Source: Candidatus Bipolaricaulota bacterium (GTDB taxonomy: Bacteria; Bipolaricaulota; Bipolaricaulia; UBA7950; UBA9294). Taken from it: DNA of 64,000 nucleotides. The stretch lies in NCBI GenBank assembly GCA_040752575.1, contig JBFMGK010000027.1, positions 56,016 through 120,015 on the forward strand. Direction: 5' to 3'. Shown here in pieces: positions 47,540 to 57,959 of the stretch. A model generated the notes under the pieces. That model was not told the DNA's origin. It made no database searches and saw only the letters and a program-made list of their open reading frames with translations. The position numbers and the translations under genes are program-made. Every line of letters starts with the position of its first letter. Position 1 is the first letter of the stretch.

Positions 47540-48616
47540 TCAAACCAGCGTTGCCTGCGTCTCCGGATCGAAGACGTGAACGGTCTTCAAGTTGACGCGG
47601 AGGCGGACCTCTTGGTCGATCTCTACCTGGCGATGCGGATCCAGGCTCGCAACGATCTGGGATCCGTCGACATCTCCGTAGACCAACAGCGAGTGCCCCA
47701 GTTGCTCCTTCACCGAGATGCGCGTCGAGATCGCATCCTGTGTGTCGGAAACCGGACCGTCTAGGTCCTCCGGGCGTACGCCCATCACGACGCGGTCGGG
47801 AACCTCGACCGACGCGTCGATGGGGAGGGAGATACGGAACCCCTTCCCCGAAAGGATAACGTTTCCCTGCTCGCGCGTTGCCGCAGCCGTGAGGAAGTTC
47901 ATCGCCGGGCTGCCAATGAACCCGGCCACAAACTGGTTCGCAGGGTGGTCGTAGGTCTGTTGGGGCGGAGCGTACTGCTGGATGATCCCATCCTTCATCA
48001 CCGCAATCCGATCTCCAAGCGTCATCGCTTCGACCTGGTCATGGGTGACGTAGAGGGTTGTGGTCTTCAGCTTATGATGAAGCTGTTCGAGTTCGGTTCG
48101 CATCTGAACGCGCAACTTCGCATCAAGATTCGAGAGAGGCTCGTCGAACAGGAACACCTTCGGGTTGCGCACGATCGCGCGGCCGACTGCGACACGCTGG
48201 CGCTGCCCGCCGGAGAGCTCACGCGGCTTGCTCTTGAGCTTGCTCTCGATGCCCAGGAGTTCGGCGGCATCGTTCACCCGCTTCTTGATCTCGGCCTTGG
48301 GGTACTTCCGCAGCTTCAGACCGAACGCCATGTTGTTGAAGACGTCCATGTGAGGATAGAGCGCGTAGTTCTGAAAGACCATGGCGATGTCGCGGTCCTT
48401 CGGCGGCACGTTGTTCACGACGCGATCCCCAATGCGGATTTCGCCCGACGTCGCGTCTTCGAGCCCGGCCACCATCCGCAGCGTCGTCGTCTTGCCGCAT
48501 CCCGAAGGCCCAACCAAGACCGTGAACTTGCCGTCTTCGATGACCATGGAGATGTCGTTGACGGCGGTGAAGTCCCCAAACCGTTTTACAACGTTCGTCA
48601 GCGTGACTTCCGCCAT
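47540..48616 (-). CDS. Sugar ABC transporter ATP-binding subunit (MalK/MsmX/UgpC family)
   Basis: GPSGCGKTT; VFQNYALYPHM; LSGGQRQR; DEPLSNLDAKLR; C-terminal OB region. Confidence 0.95.
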   Translation of the reverse strand: MAEVTLTNVVKRFGDFTAVNDISMVIEDGKFTVLVGPSGCGKTTTLRMVAGLEDATSGEIRIGDRVVNNVPPKDRDIAMVFQNYALYPHMDVFNNMAFGLKLRKYPKAEIKKRVNDAAELLGIESKLKSKPRELSGGQRQRVAVGRAIVRNPKVFLFDEPLSNLDAKLRVQMRTELEQLHHKLKTTTLYVTHDQVEAMTLGDRIAVMKDGIIQQYAPPQQTYDHPANQFVAGFIGSPAMNFLTAAATREQGNVILSGKGFRISLPIDASVEVPDRVVMGVRPEDLDGPVSDTQDAISTRISVKEQLGHSLLVYGDVDGSQIVASLDPHRQVEIDQEVRLRVNLKTVHVFDPETQATLV

Positions 48617-48650
48617 GTCGCTCCTCGCTTCCGGTTCCGCTTGAGCCTGT

Positions 48651-48675
48651 TCACGTGCGCAACGTGAGTGTAGCA
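48651..48675 (-). promoter_or_regulatory. Extended -10 promoter with adjacent inverted-repeat operator candidate
   Basis: Minus strand TGC-TACACT followed by TCACGT-N5-ACGTGA, about 35 nt before the ATPase start. Confidence 0.45.
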
Positions 48676-48805
48676 CGGCAGGGAGGAGGAGCCAACGCGG
48701 TCCCGGGTCGTGGGGATCGAGCCGCGTACCCGGTACGCTCTGGGTATGTGGAGCGAGGAGAAGCGGGCGCAACGATCGACTGACCGAGGCGAGAAGGTGG
48801 CGGCA

Positions 48806-49696
48806 ATGCGGAGAGGGTTCGCCAACCTCTTTGTCGTCTACGTTGTCTGGGGCAGCACGTACCTCGCGATTCGCATTGCCGTGCGCGGGGAGACGGGATT
48901 CCCGCCCTTCACGTTGGGCGCATTGCGGCTTCTTGCTGCGGGAACGGCCCTCTTGGCGTGGGAGGCCCTTCGCGGGAGAAGACTCCGGCTGTCGCGCAGC
49001 GAGGTGGCGACGCTTGCCGCGGCGGGACTTCTGATGTGGGTTGGAGGCAACGGGCTCGTGAACTGGGCTGAACGTCGAGCGGACTCCGGCTACGCCGCGC
49101 TTCTCGTCGGGGCTCTTCCGATCTGGATGGCCGTTCTCGAGGCGCTGCTCGACCGGCGACGTCCGACGTGGCGGTTCGTCGCTTCCCTGCTGGTGGGATT
49201 CGCCGGGCTCTCCTTGCTTACGGTTCCGCGGCTGGCAGGCGCCGAAGCTGCAGACGCCGCGTCGATTGCGGCGCTGCTGTTCGCGCCTCTTCTGTGGGCG
49301 ATGGGCGCCGCCCTCCAGACGCGCCGGCCTGTCCCCGCGAGTCCCGTGCTCGCCACGGCGTATCTCCACCTCTTCGGGGCCCTAGGCTTCGCGATCGCGG
49401 CCCTGGCCCTCGGCGAGCGCCTGGGCCGTCCGTCGGCCGGCGCCTGGGGGGCGTTGGCGTACTTGACCGTTGCGGGATCGATGGTCGCGTTCACATCGTT
49501 CGTGCGAGCGCTGAGAGCCCTCCCGACGAGGGTCGTGATGACCTACGCGTACGTGAACCCAATCATCGCGGTTCTGCTCGGTGCCGTGGTCCTGAGCGAA
49601 CAGGTGTCCGCGTGGACAGCCGGCGGGACAGCGCTTGTCCTCGCCGGCGTCTGGGGCGTGATGCGGAGCCGGTCCCATCGCGAGAACACGGCGTAG
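48806..49696 (+). CDS. EamA/DMT family transporter (YedA-like)
   Basis: VYVVWGSTYLAIR; TYAYVNPIIAV.LG. Confidence 0.9.
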   Translation: MRRGFANLFVVYVVWGSTYLAIRIAVRGETGFPPFTLGALRLLAAGTALLAWEALRGRRLRLSRSEVATLAAAGLLMWVGGNGLVNWAERRADSGYAALLVGALPIWMAVLEALLDRRRPTWRFVASLLVGFAGLSLLTVPRLAGAEAADAASIAALLFAPLLWAMGAALQTRRPVPASPVLATAYLHLFGALGFAIAALALGERLGRPSAGAWGALAYLTVAGSMVAFTSFVRALRALPTRVVMTYAYVNPIIAVLLGAVVLSEQVSAWTAGGTALVLAGVWGVMRSRSHRENTA

Positions 49697-49756
49697 CACC
49701 CGGCGTTCCGCGCGTGCTCCGGGCCGAGTCGTTTGCGTCCCGCACGCGCCGGGCTC

Positions 49757-50134
49757 CTATACCTTGAGCGCGTCCAGGACGATGCGAACGATCAGAAGGA
49801 CCCAGCCCACGACGATTCCCACCCAGATGACCTTGCGGGCGAAGTCGATCAGCCCGAAGACAATGAGCAGGAGCGTGATGAACGCAAGATAGCCCAGAGG
49901 CTTCTCGAGTTCGGCGGACAAGCGATCCTTCGTGATCAGGTTCAGGACGTAGAGGAGCCCCTTGCCGAGATAGGTCGAGGCGCTGTCGATAAAGGTGAGG
50001 ACTTGATCGACGACGCCGGCGGCGCTCGCGGTGTCGGGAGCCGGAGTCGACTCGACCTGAGCCACGCCGAGAGCTGCCACCCCGAGCAACAATCCTGCCA
50101 GCGCCACGACAACGATGTGCTTTCTGTCTTTCAT
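49757..50134 (-). CDS. Small hypothetical membrane protein
   Basis: Signal-like N-terminus plus hydrophobic helices; GGGAG RBS. Confidence 0.7.
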   Translation of the reverse strand: MKDRKHIVVVALAGLLLGVAALGVAQVESTPAPDTASAAGVVDQVLTFIDSASTYLGKGLLYVLNLITKDRLSAELEKPLGYLAFITLLLIVFGLIDFARKVIWVGIVVGWVLLIVRIVLDALKV

Positions 50135-50214
50135 TCTCCCCCCCTTACGAGTTGGCCCCATGCTAGCGAGATGCGGGTTGGAGGTGAATCCCACGTGTCC
50201 CACGGAGGTGGGCC

Positions 50215-51186
50215 TTACCTTACGGAACGGCCCTTGCCCGAGTCGAGGACGTCGCTCATCTCGCGCGGGAAGGGCTCGAAGAAGGCCTGCCCAGCTAAGT
50301 ACGGGACATCGAACCGCAGGATCAGGGATTGCATGAGGTGCACGGGAACCGCGAGCGGCACGCGACCCTCGCGGAACTGCTCCAGCCCGTCGAGGAAAAA
50401 GCGCTTCTCCTTGGCTTCGAGCTGAGCGGAGACGTAGCCGAAGGCGTGCTGCAGGACGTTAATCGCCGACGTCCGGCGGGGGAGCCTCTCGAGAGCCGCC
50501 GCGAAGTGCTGCGCGTAGTCGGAGGCGGTCTCGGAGAACGGGCGACGCTCGGCGTTGGCGACGATGCGACCGAGCTGCCCCATCTGTGTCTGATTGTAGG
50601 CCATCAACAGGAGCTTGTGATCCGCGTGGAAAGCGACAAGGTCGCTCATCCGTCCGCGCGCGAGAGCCGAGCGCAGCCGCGCCGACGCGAAGATCCGCGT
50701 GAGAAAGTGCCCTCGCAGATCGAAGTTTCGCAGACGCCCCTCGTCTTCCACGGTCCACAACGAACGGGTCTCGAGGACCGCCGCGGCGAAGGCTCCCCGC
50801 GTCTTCGTGAACCCCGAACCGCGCACAGGCGCCGCGTACGCGCGAACGTCGCGCGGCCCGCACGATGGAGACGCTGCCTTCAGAATGGCTCCGTCACAGG
50901 CGCCGATCTCGGCGAGGAACGTGTCGGCGAAGCGGGCCATGGCCTCCGTGACGTCTTTTCCGGTCTCGGGTTGGACCAGCCGGGCCGCCCCGAGGGGGCC
51001 GACGAGACGGATGGGCGATCGCGGCACGCCAAGGCCGATCTCGACTTCGGGGCAGACGGTGACGACGTCGACGAATGGCTTGATCCGCTCGACGGCGGGT
51101 TCCTGCACCGAGAGACCGTTATAGCGGCACGAGGCGAATCCAAGGCACCGGCTGAAGAGAACCCGCGGGCGAGGGGCCTCGGTCAT
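50215..51186 (-). CDS. DUF523 (2-thiouracil desulfurase-like) + DUF1722 fusion (YbgA-like)
   Basis: SRCLG..CRYNG; VCPEVEIGLGVPR; SPSCG; EDEGRL; FH..HKLLLMA; NVLQHAFGY. Confidence 0.88.
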   Translation of the reverse strand: MTEAPRPRVLFSRCLGFASCRYNGLSVQEPAVERIKPFVDVVTVCPEVEIGLGVPRSPIRLVGPLGAARLVQPETGKDVTEAMARFADTFLAEIGACDGAILKAASPSCGPRDVRAYAAPVRGSGFTKTRGAFAAAVLETRSLWTVEDEGRLRNFDLRGHFLTRIFASARLRSALARGRMSDLVAFHADHKLLLMAYNQTQMGQLGRIVANAERRPFSETASDYAQHFAAALERLPRRTSAINVLQHAFGYVSAQLEAKEKRFFLDGLEQFREGRVPLAVPVHLMQSLILRFDVPYLAGQAFFEPFPREMSDVLDSGKGRSVR

Positions 51187-51965
51187 GGCGTCTCCCTTGT
51201 GGCGAAGGTCTCGGGGTCGAAAAGGGATGGCGCGAGATCCGTCGCCAAGGCTTCGACGAGGTCTGACGTCGTCACGCGGCCGGCAAAGAGGCGATTCACG
51301 ATGCGCTGCGTCCGGACGTAAAGATCGCCGTCTTCCCGCGTTGTGTAGTTGGCGTACTCGACGTCATAGAACGGAAGACCGCTCAGTGCGAACAGCGTCG
51401 CGAACAGCGGGCGAGCCGTTTCCTCGTCGACGGTGACCGTGACGGCCTGGAACGCGACCGAGAAGTCAACGGCCTGGAGATCCAGTTCGAGCCGCGGCGT
51501 TCCCTCTTCGGAGACCACCTCGCGCCGGGCGACGAGCGTATAGCTCTCGGCGAACCGAATGCCGCTCGTCTGGGCGACAGCCGCATCCCCGAACACCTCG
51601 GCGGTCGCCGACGTCTTGATGGGGAACTCCAGGTCGGGCGAAGTGAAATACGTCGCCTCGGGCGTCGTCAGATACACCTGCCCGGCGAGTTCCTCGGGCG
51701 TCGTAAACGCAATCCGAGCGCGCCGATCGCCGTCCTGGTCCCGAAACTGCAATAGGAGCTCTGCTTCCCGAGTCTCGTCGGGAGTTTCCGAGACGATGCG
51801 AACGCGGATTTGGTTCACCGAAGCGCTCACGAAGCGGGCCTCGTCGAGCGCGGCCAAGAGCTCAAGATCCGAGAGCTCGGATGCCGAGGCGAGTGCGGTC
51901 TGTTGCGCGGCGCCGGCGGCCAGAGCGACCAGGAAGACAAGGGAAAGCACGGTGCGGGTCTTCAT
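51183..51965 (-). CDS. Outer-membrane lipoprotein-sorting (LolA-like) protein
   Basis: Signal peptide; F..PEELAGQVYL; C-terminal LFDP; downstream of a Lol-like ABC. Confidence 0.7.
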   Translation of the reverse strand: MKTRTVLSLVFLVALAAGAAQQTALASASELSDLELLAALDEARFVSASVNQIRVRIVSETPDETREAELLLQFRDQDGDRRARIAFTTPEELAGQVYLTTPEATYFTSPDLEFPIKTSATAEVFGDAAVAQTSGIRFAESYTLVARREVVSEEGTPRLELDLQAVDFSVAFQAVTVTVDEETARPLFATLFALSGLPFYDVEYANYTTREDGDLYVRTQRIVNRLFAGRVTTSDLVEALATDLAPSLFDPETFATRETP

Positions 51966-52009
51966 TGGGCAGCTTCCTTTCTTCTGTGTTGGGGCGGGTC
52001 GAAGGACGT

Positions 52010-53221
52010 TCATACACTCTGCAGGGCCTGCACGACGCGCAGGCGGGCGTTCTTCCACGCGGGAAGGATCGCGCTGGCGAGCGTCGCCAGCACGACGGTC
52101 AACAGAGGAGTGAGGGCCGTGGAGGGCGTGAGGTTCAGCTGGATCGGCTGAGGAACGGCCGAGCCCGGAGGCGTCCACGCGAATCCGATGGCATTGAAAC
52201 CGGTAGCCAGGAGAAGCCCTCCCACGGCGCCGAGCGTTGCGCCCAGAACGCCGATCAGAATGCCCTCGAGCACGAAGCCACGGAACACACGCCACCGTGT
52301 CGCTCCGAAGGCTCGTACGGTGCCAACTTCCCGTGTTCGTTCGAGGAAGGAGATCGTCAGGATCTCAATGACGCTGAAGAAGACCAGCGCGAAGACGGCG
52401 ATCCCCGCGAGGCCGGAAAAGGCTGTGTAGAACGTCTCCAGGGACGAGAAGCTCGGGGAGAGCTCTTTCCACGTTCTCGTGACGAGCGGAAGGCCCTCGG
52501 CGGCCAGCGCGGCCGCAAGATCCTTCGCGAAGAGCTCGGCGTCGTCGAGGTCCTCGAGGCCGATGAGAATCCGCGCCACGCCGTCGGTCTTGAGCAGGCG
52601 CTGAACGAACTCGAGCGGGAAGAGACCGAGCTGCCCCTCCAGGGTCTCGAGAGCCACCGTGAGCGTTCCGACGATGGTGACGGTGGCCGCGTTGAAGTTG
52701 CCGCTCGCAGTGCCTGTGGCGACGTTGACGCGGCCGCCGATGCCGACACTGAGCTTCTCCGCGAGACTCCGCCCGAGAAGCACCTGGCGCGAGGCGTCCA
52801 CGGGAAGCGGCGAACCCTCGATCCTGTAGCACTCGACGTCCTTCACGCAGCTGCAGGTCGTGACGCCGCGTCCGATGATCAACGTACTGCCTCGCTCGTC
52901 GCCGACGAGACCGGCGAAGTCGAGTTGCCTCGCCGTACCGGTCACACCACGGCGGGTGGCGATGAGTTCGAGGGCTCGCGCCGCGACCTCGGGGGCGATG
53001 AGATCCTCGTAGCCCTCGGAGGTGCCGTCGAACAGCCGCTCATGGGCCACTTGGACGGCGCCCGTCTCGCAGGCAATGGCGACACGCGAGGAACGCAGAG
53101 CCTCGCCAATGAATGCCAGTGCAATCAGGAAGATCGCCGTACCTACGACGATGACGGCGAGACTGAAGGCCGTTCGCCTTCGGTTGCGAAAGACGTTTCG
53201 CAGAGCGGTTCGGAACTCCAA
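52010..53221 (-). CDS. ABC transporter permease (LolC/E-FtsX-like)
   Basis: RNVFRNRRRT; ERTREVGTVRAFG; TTG start. Confidence 0.9.
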   Translation of the reverse strand: MEFRTALRNVFRNRRRTAFSLAVIVVGTAIFLIALAFIGEALRSSRVAIACETGAVQVAHERLFDGTSEGYEDLIAPEVAARALELIATRRGVTGTARQLDFAGLVGDERGSTLIIGRGVTTCSCVKDVECYRIEGSPLPVDASRQVLLGRSLAEKLSVGIGGRVNVATGTASGNFNAATVTIVGTLTVALETLEGQLGLFPLEFVQRLLKTDGVARILIGLEDLDDAELFAKDLAAALAAEGLPLVTRTWKELSPSFSSLETFYTAFSGLAGIAVFALVFFSVIEILTISFLERTREVGTVRAFGATRWRVFRGFVLEGILIGVLGATLGAVGGLLLATGFNAIGFAWTPPGSAVPQPIQLNLTPSTALTPLLTVVLATLASAILPAWKNARLRVVQALQSV

Positions 53222-53230
53222 CGCAACCTC

Positions 53231-54442
53231 CTATTCGACGCGCAACGCGTCGACGACGCGCAGACGCGAGGCCAGCGACGAAGGGTAGAGGGCTGAGAGA
53301 AGCGTCGCGACCACGCTCACGGCGAACGGGACGAGAGCCGTCGCGGGGCCGATCGTCGAGGCCAGGACGACCGGCTCGATGGTCCCGGGGGGCAGCCATT
53401 CGATGCCCGCTGCACTGAAGCCCAGCGCGAGCAAGAGCCCGCCGATCACTCCGGCACCGCTTCCCAGCACGGCGAGCCACGAGGCTTCCGCGAAGAACAG
53501 GCGGAAGACCTCTCCTTGGGTTGTTCCCAACGCGCGGAGCGTGCCGATCTCCCGCGTGCGCTCCAGGAAGGCGAGCGTCAGGACCTGCAGAATGATGAAG
53601 AACACGAGCACCGAGATCGCGAGGGTGAGGAATCCGAACAGCGCATCGAAGTAGGACGAGAGCTCCTTGTAGAACGGGGAGAGGTCATCCCACGTGCGCG
53701 GCTCAAGGCTGAGGCCGGCGGCATCGAGCGCCGCGGCGAGCCGGACGTTGGCGCCCGGGGTCGAGCGAAGGTCGTCGAGCGTGACGATGACTCGATCCAC
53801 ACTATCCGTGTTCAGCAGCCGCTGGCCGAAGGCGAGGGGTACGAAGATGACCTGCTCCTCGACCTGTTCGCTGCTGTAGCGATAGATGCCAACGATCTGG
53901 AAAGGACTTGCGTTGTAGGCTCCTTCCAGCGTCGTGAGCGTGAGCGTGACTGCGTCGCCGACTGACAGCCCGAGGCGTCGAGCCAGTGAACGCCCCACGA
54001 ACACGGCCGCCGTATCCGTGGCGACGAGTCCTCGTCCTTCGACGGCGAGATCGGAGAAGTCGAGGATTGCGTTCTCCGGCTCAATGGCCGTCGCGACGAC
54101 CACCTGCGTCGAGCGGCCCGAACCGAGAAGGCCCGGGAACTGCAATTGGCGGGTGCTGCCGCGGTAGGCGGGGTCCGCCTGTGCCAGGGAAGCGATCCTC
54201 TCCGCATCGAGGGGGGCGATCAAGTACTCGTACTCCTCGGCCTCGTCGTTCCAGAGAAGCGGCGAAGCGATCTGGAGGTTGCCGTACTCCCGAACCGTAG
54301 ACTCCTGAATCTGGAGGCGCGAATTCTCGAGGAACCCGAGAACGAAGAGCGATACGGCGGTCCCGAGCGCGATCACCGCGACGGAGAGCGCTGTCCGCCG
54401 CCCGTTACGCCACAGGCTTCGCAGCGGCAGTCGCCACCCCAT
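53231..54442 (-). CDS. ABC transporter permease (LolC/E-FtsX-like)
   Basis: RSLWRNGRRT; ERTREIGTLRALG. Confidence 0.9.
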   Translation of the reverse strand: MGWRLPLRSLWRNGRRTALSVAVIALGTAVSLFVLGFLENSRLQIQESTVREYGNLQIASPLLWNDEAEEYEYLIAPLDAERIASLAQADPAYRGSTRQLQFPGLLGSGRSTQVVVATAIEPENAILDFSDLAVEGRGLVATDTAAVFVGRSLARRLGLSVGDAVTLTLTTLEGAYNASPFQIVGIYRYSSEQVEEQVIFVPLAFGQRLLNTDSVDRVIVTLDDLRSTPGANVRLAAALDAAGLSLEPRTWDDLSPFYKELSSYFDALFGFLTLAISVLVFFIILQVLTLAFLERTREIGTLRALGTTQGEVFRLFFAEASWLAVLGSGAGVIGGLLLALGFSAAGIEWLPPGTIEPVVLASTIGPATALVPFAVSVVATLLSALYPSSLASRLRVVDALRVE

Positions 54443-55157
54443 CGCCCTCTCCTTCCACCAGACGTCCGTCGAGGATGCGGATCCGGCGCTGTGCGTACCG
54501 CGAGACCGCGGGGTCATGGGTCACGACGAGAAACGTCACGCAATGGTCCTCGTTGAGACGGCGCATGAGTTCCATGACCGCGGCGCCCGTCTCGGAGTCC
54601 AGGTTTGCCGTCGGCTCATCGGCCAAGACGATCATTGGTCCCGTGACGAGAGCTCGGGCGATGGCCACGCGTTGCCGCTGGCCACCCGAGAGTTCGTTGG
54701 GGCGGCGGCGGGCGAAGGCGGTCAGGCCGACCTCCTCGAGGCGCGCGGCGACCCGTTCGCGGCGCGCCGGCCGGGCGACCCGTTGAAGAAGCAGCGGGTA
54801 TTCCACGTTCTCCGCCGCGCTCAGAACAGGGATCAGGTTGAACGACTGGAAGACCAGGCCGATCTTCGTCTTGCGGAGCTGCGCGAGCTGGCCTTCCGTC
54901 AGCGTGCTGGTGGGCTGACCTTCTACATAGACTTCGCCGGTCGTCGGTCGGTCGATCACCGACATGAGGTTAAGGAAGGTCGTCTTTCCGCTTCCGGACG
55001 GACCGTTGATCACGACGAAGTCGCCCTGCGGGGCGGCGAAGTTGACGTCCCGCAGCGCGTAGATCGTCTCCGCACCGAGGACGTAGGTCTTCGTGAGCTG
55101 CTGCGCTTCCAGGAAACGCGCGCCGCGAACGTGACAGAACTGGCTCTCTCCGCTCAT
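54405..55157 (-). CDS. ABC transporter ATP-binding protein (LolD/MacB-like)
   Basis: GPSGSGKTT; FQSFNLI; LSGGQRQR; ADEPTANLD; VTHD. Confidence 0.93.
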   Translation of the reverse strand: MSGESQFCHVRGARFLEAQQLTKTYVLGAETIYALRDVNFAAPQGDFVVINGPSGSGKTTFLNLMSVIDRPTTGEVYVEGQPTSTLTEGQLAQLRKTKIGLVFQSFNLIPVLSAAENVEYPLLLQRVARPARRERVAARLEEVGLTAFARRRPNELSGGQRQRVAIARALVTGPMIVLADEPTANLDSETGAAVMELMRRLNEDHCVTFLVVTHDPAVSRYAQRRIRILDGRLVEGEGDGVATAAAKPVA

Positions 55158-55291
55158 GATCCCTTCCCTCTCTGTAGACTCTGACTTTACCCGGACGCTT
55201 GGCCGACGCACAAGCTCCCGGCGAAGCCGTTGGGTGATCGCGGACCGGAAGATCGCTATCATCGGCAGCAACCGGACAAGGGAGGACAACG

Positions 55292-56299
55292 ATGGAGCAC
55301 CGCCGACTGGGTTCCACGGGACTCCGCGTCTCGTCTTTGTGCTTCGGCACCATGTCGTTTGGCGACATGGCGAACCCGGGCACATGCGCCTCGCTCTACC
55401 GACGGGCACGCGAGGCGGGGATCGACGTTTTCGACTGCGCGAATGTCTATTCCGCCGGACGTGCCGAGGAGATCCTCGGGAAGCTCATGGCTGCGGAGCG
55501 TCAGCACGTCGTCGTGACGACCAAAGTGGGGTTCCCCACGGGAGATGGGCCCAACGATCGCGGGCTGTCAAGAAAGCACGTACTGCAGTCTGTGGAGGAC
55601 AGCCTGCGGCGGTTGCACACCGATCGCGTCGAGGTTCTCTTCGTGCATACCGTGGACCCGGCGACGCCCGTCGAGGAGACGCTTCGGGCACTCGACCTCC
55701 TCGTGCGGCAAGGGAAGGTCCTCTACCTCGGCGTGAGCAACTGGGCCGCGTGGCAGATCGCTACGGCCCTTGGCGTCTCGCGCTGCGAGGGGTTGGCGGC
55801 GTTCTCGTGCGTCCAGCCGATGTACAACCTCGTCAAGCGGCAGGCGGAGGTCGAGATTCTTCCCCTGGCACGGGCTATGGACCTCGGAGTGCTGAGCTAC
55901 AGCCCGCTGGGCGGCGGACTCCTGAGCGGGAAGTACGGCGCGGGCAAGGCGCCGAGCGGCGGCCGGCTGATCGACAACGCGATGTACGCCGCACGCTACG
56001 GCGATGAAGGTGCGTTCCGGGGTGCCGATGCGCTGGGCCAGTTCGCGAACGAACTCCAGGTGCATCCGGCGACGCTTGCCGTGGCGTGGGTCGCCGCCCA
56101 TCCCGCGGTCACGGCGCCGATCCTTGGCGCAAGGAACGTCGAGCAGCTCGAGCCCGCGCTTGCTGCCGCCGAGTTCCCGATGACCGGCGAGCTCTATGCG
56201 AAGCTCGCCGCACTGACACCGGAGCCGCCCCCGCCCACGGATCGCAGCGAGGAACGCCGGGGCGTTGCGTATGGGGGAAGCGCGGAGAAGTACAAGTAG
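55292..56299 (+). CDS. Aldo/keto reductase
   Basis: [37 protein letters not shown]. Confidence 0.93.
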   Translation: MEHRRLGSTGLRVSSLCFGTMSFGDMANPGTCASLYRRAREAGIDVFDCANVYSAGRAEEILGKLMAAERQHVVVTTKVGFPTGDGPNDRGLSRKHVLQSVEDSLRRLHTDRVEVLFVHTVDPATPVEETLRALDLLVRQGKVLYLGVSNWAAWQIATALGVSRCEGLAAFSCVQPMYNLVKRQAEVEILPLARAMDLGVLSYSPLGGGLLSGKYGAGKAPSGGRLIDNAMYAARYGDEGAFRGADALGQFANELQVHPATLAVAWVAAHPAVTAPILGARNVEQLEPALAAAEFPMTGELYAKLAALTPEPPPPTDRSEERRGVAYGGSAEKYK

Positions 56300-56313
56300 C
56301 GTTCGGGAGCGCC

Positions 56314-57828
56314 ATGGGCGTCGTCATCCTCGACTTCGGCTCGCAGACCACTCGGCTGATCGCGCGACGCGTGCGCGAGCTGGGAGCCTACTCGATCCTT
56401 CTCCCCGGCACTTCGCCCCTCGAACAGGTCCTGTCCGAGCACCCCGAGGCGGTGATCCTGTCCGGCGGGCCACGGTCGGCGTTCGAGCCCGCGGCGCCGA
56501 AGCCCGACCCGCGGCTTGTCGAGGCGGGGATACCCCTCCTGGGGATCTGCTACGGGATGCAGATCCTGGTGCAGTCTGCTGGGGGCGACGTGCGCGACCT
56601 CGGCCGACGCTCCTACGGGGCGGATCGCCTCCTCGCGACGCAAGGGCCTCTCTTTCGCGGCATCGAGGCCGGCGAGCGGGTCTGGATGAGCCATTCAACG
56701 GCGGTGGCGGCGCTCCCCGAAGGCTGGGTCGCGCTTGCGGCAACGAGCGCCAATCCCCACGCGGCGGTTGCGTCACCTGACGGACGCGCGCTGGGAGTGC
56801 AGTTTCACCCAGAGGTGATGCACACTCCCAGTGGAACGACGCTTCTCGCGAACTTCCTCGAGCTTGCCGGTGTGCCACGGGACTGGACGGCCGAGGCGTC
56901 GCTCGACCGTGCGTTGGCGTCGCTGCGCGCCGTGTCCGGCGGGGGCCGCGTGCTCGTGGGGGTGTCCGGCGGCGTCGACTCCTCAGCGCTTGCGCTCCTG
57001 CTGGCAAAGGCGAAGATCGATCACCTTGCCGTTTTCGTCGACCACGGACTGCTGCGAGAGGGAGAGAGAGACGAAGTGGAGGCGGCGCTCCGCACGCTGG
57101 GTGTACGGCTGGAGGTCGTCGAGGCCTCGCGACGTTTTCTTGTGGCGCTTCACGGCGTTGAGGATCCGGAGGCGAAGAGGAGGATCATCGGCCGCGAGTT
57201 CGTCGCGGTGTTCCGCGACGTCGCCCAGGCACGGGGCCCGTTCCGGTTTCTGGCGCAAGGGACGCTCTATCCTGACGTGATCGAGTCGGCGGGCGGCGAG
57301 GGGACGGAGAACATCAAGAGTCACCACAACGTGGGCGGCCTTCCGACGGATCTCGGTTTCGAGTTGGTCGAGCCATTTCGCACGTTGTTCAAGGATGAGG
57401 TGCGCGAGGTCGCGCGGCTGCTCGGCCTTCCCGACGCGATTCGTCTCCGTCACCCGTTCCCGGGGCCCGGTCTGGCTGTCAGGATCCTTGGCCCCGTGAC
57501 CGAAGAGCGGTTGCAGACCGCCCGTCGCGCCGATGCGATCTTCATCGAGACCCTGCGGCAGCGCGGCGTCTACGACGACGTCTGGCAAGCTCTGGCGGTT
57601 CTGACGCCGATCCGCAGCGTGGGCGTGGCCGGTGACGAACGGCGCTACGGCTATGTTGTCGGCCTGCGGGCGGTGACGAGCGTCGACGCGATGACCGCCG
57701 ATTGGGCTCGACTCCCCTACGATGTGCTCGACGAAGCCGCACAGCGCATCACGCGGGAGATCCCCGAGGTGGGCCGTGTCGTCTATGACGTGACGAGCAA
57801 GCCTCCCGGGACCATCGAGTGGGAATAG
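56314..57828 (+). CDS. guaA: GMP synthase (glutamine-hydrolysing)
   Basis: [54 protein letters not shown]. Confidence 0.97.
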   Translation: MGVVILDFGSQTTRLIARRVRELGAYSILLPGTSPLEQVLSEHPEAVILSGGPRSAFEPAAPKPDPRLVEAGIPLLGICYGMQILVQSAGGDVRDLGRRSYGADRLLATQGPLFRGIEAGERVWMSHSTAVAALPEGWVALAATSANPHAAVASPDGRALGVQFHPEVMHTPSGTTLLANFLELAGVPRDWTAEASLDRALASLRAVSGGGRVLVGVSGGVDSSALALLLAKAKIDHLAVFVDHGLLREGERDEVEAALRTLGVRLEVVEASRRFLVALHGVEDPEAKRRIIGREFVAVFRDVAQARGPFRFLAQGTLYPDVIESAGGEGTENIKSHHNVGGLPTDLGFELVEPFRTLFKDEVREVARLLGLPDAIRLRHPFPGPGLAVRILGPVTEERLQTARRADAIFIETLRQRGVYDDVWQALAVLTPIRSVGVAGDERRYGYVVGLRAVTSVDAMTADWARLPYDVLDEAAQRITREIPEVGRVVYDVTSKPPGTIEWE

Positions 57829-57959
57829 CGCTGCGACGGGACTGCGGCGGGAGCAACGTCCTTCCTCCCTGGCTGGAAGAGCGAGACCGCAGGAAAGATC
57901 GCCACATGGTCAGCGGGAAAAGCCTTCCAGTCCAGCTGGAGTACGCCGGGGGGCCGTAG

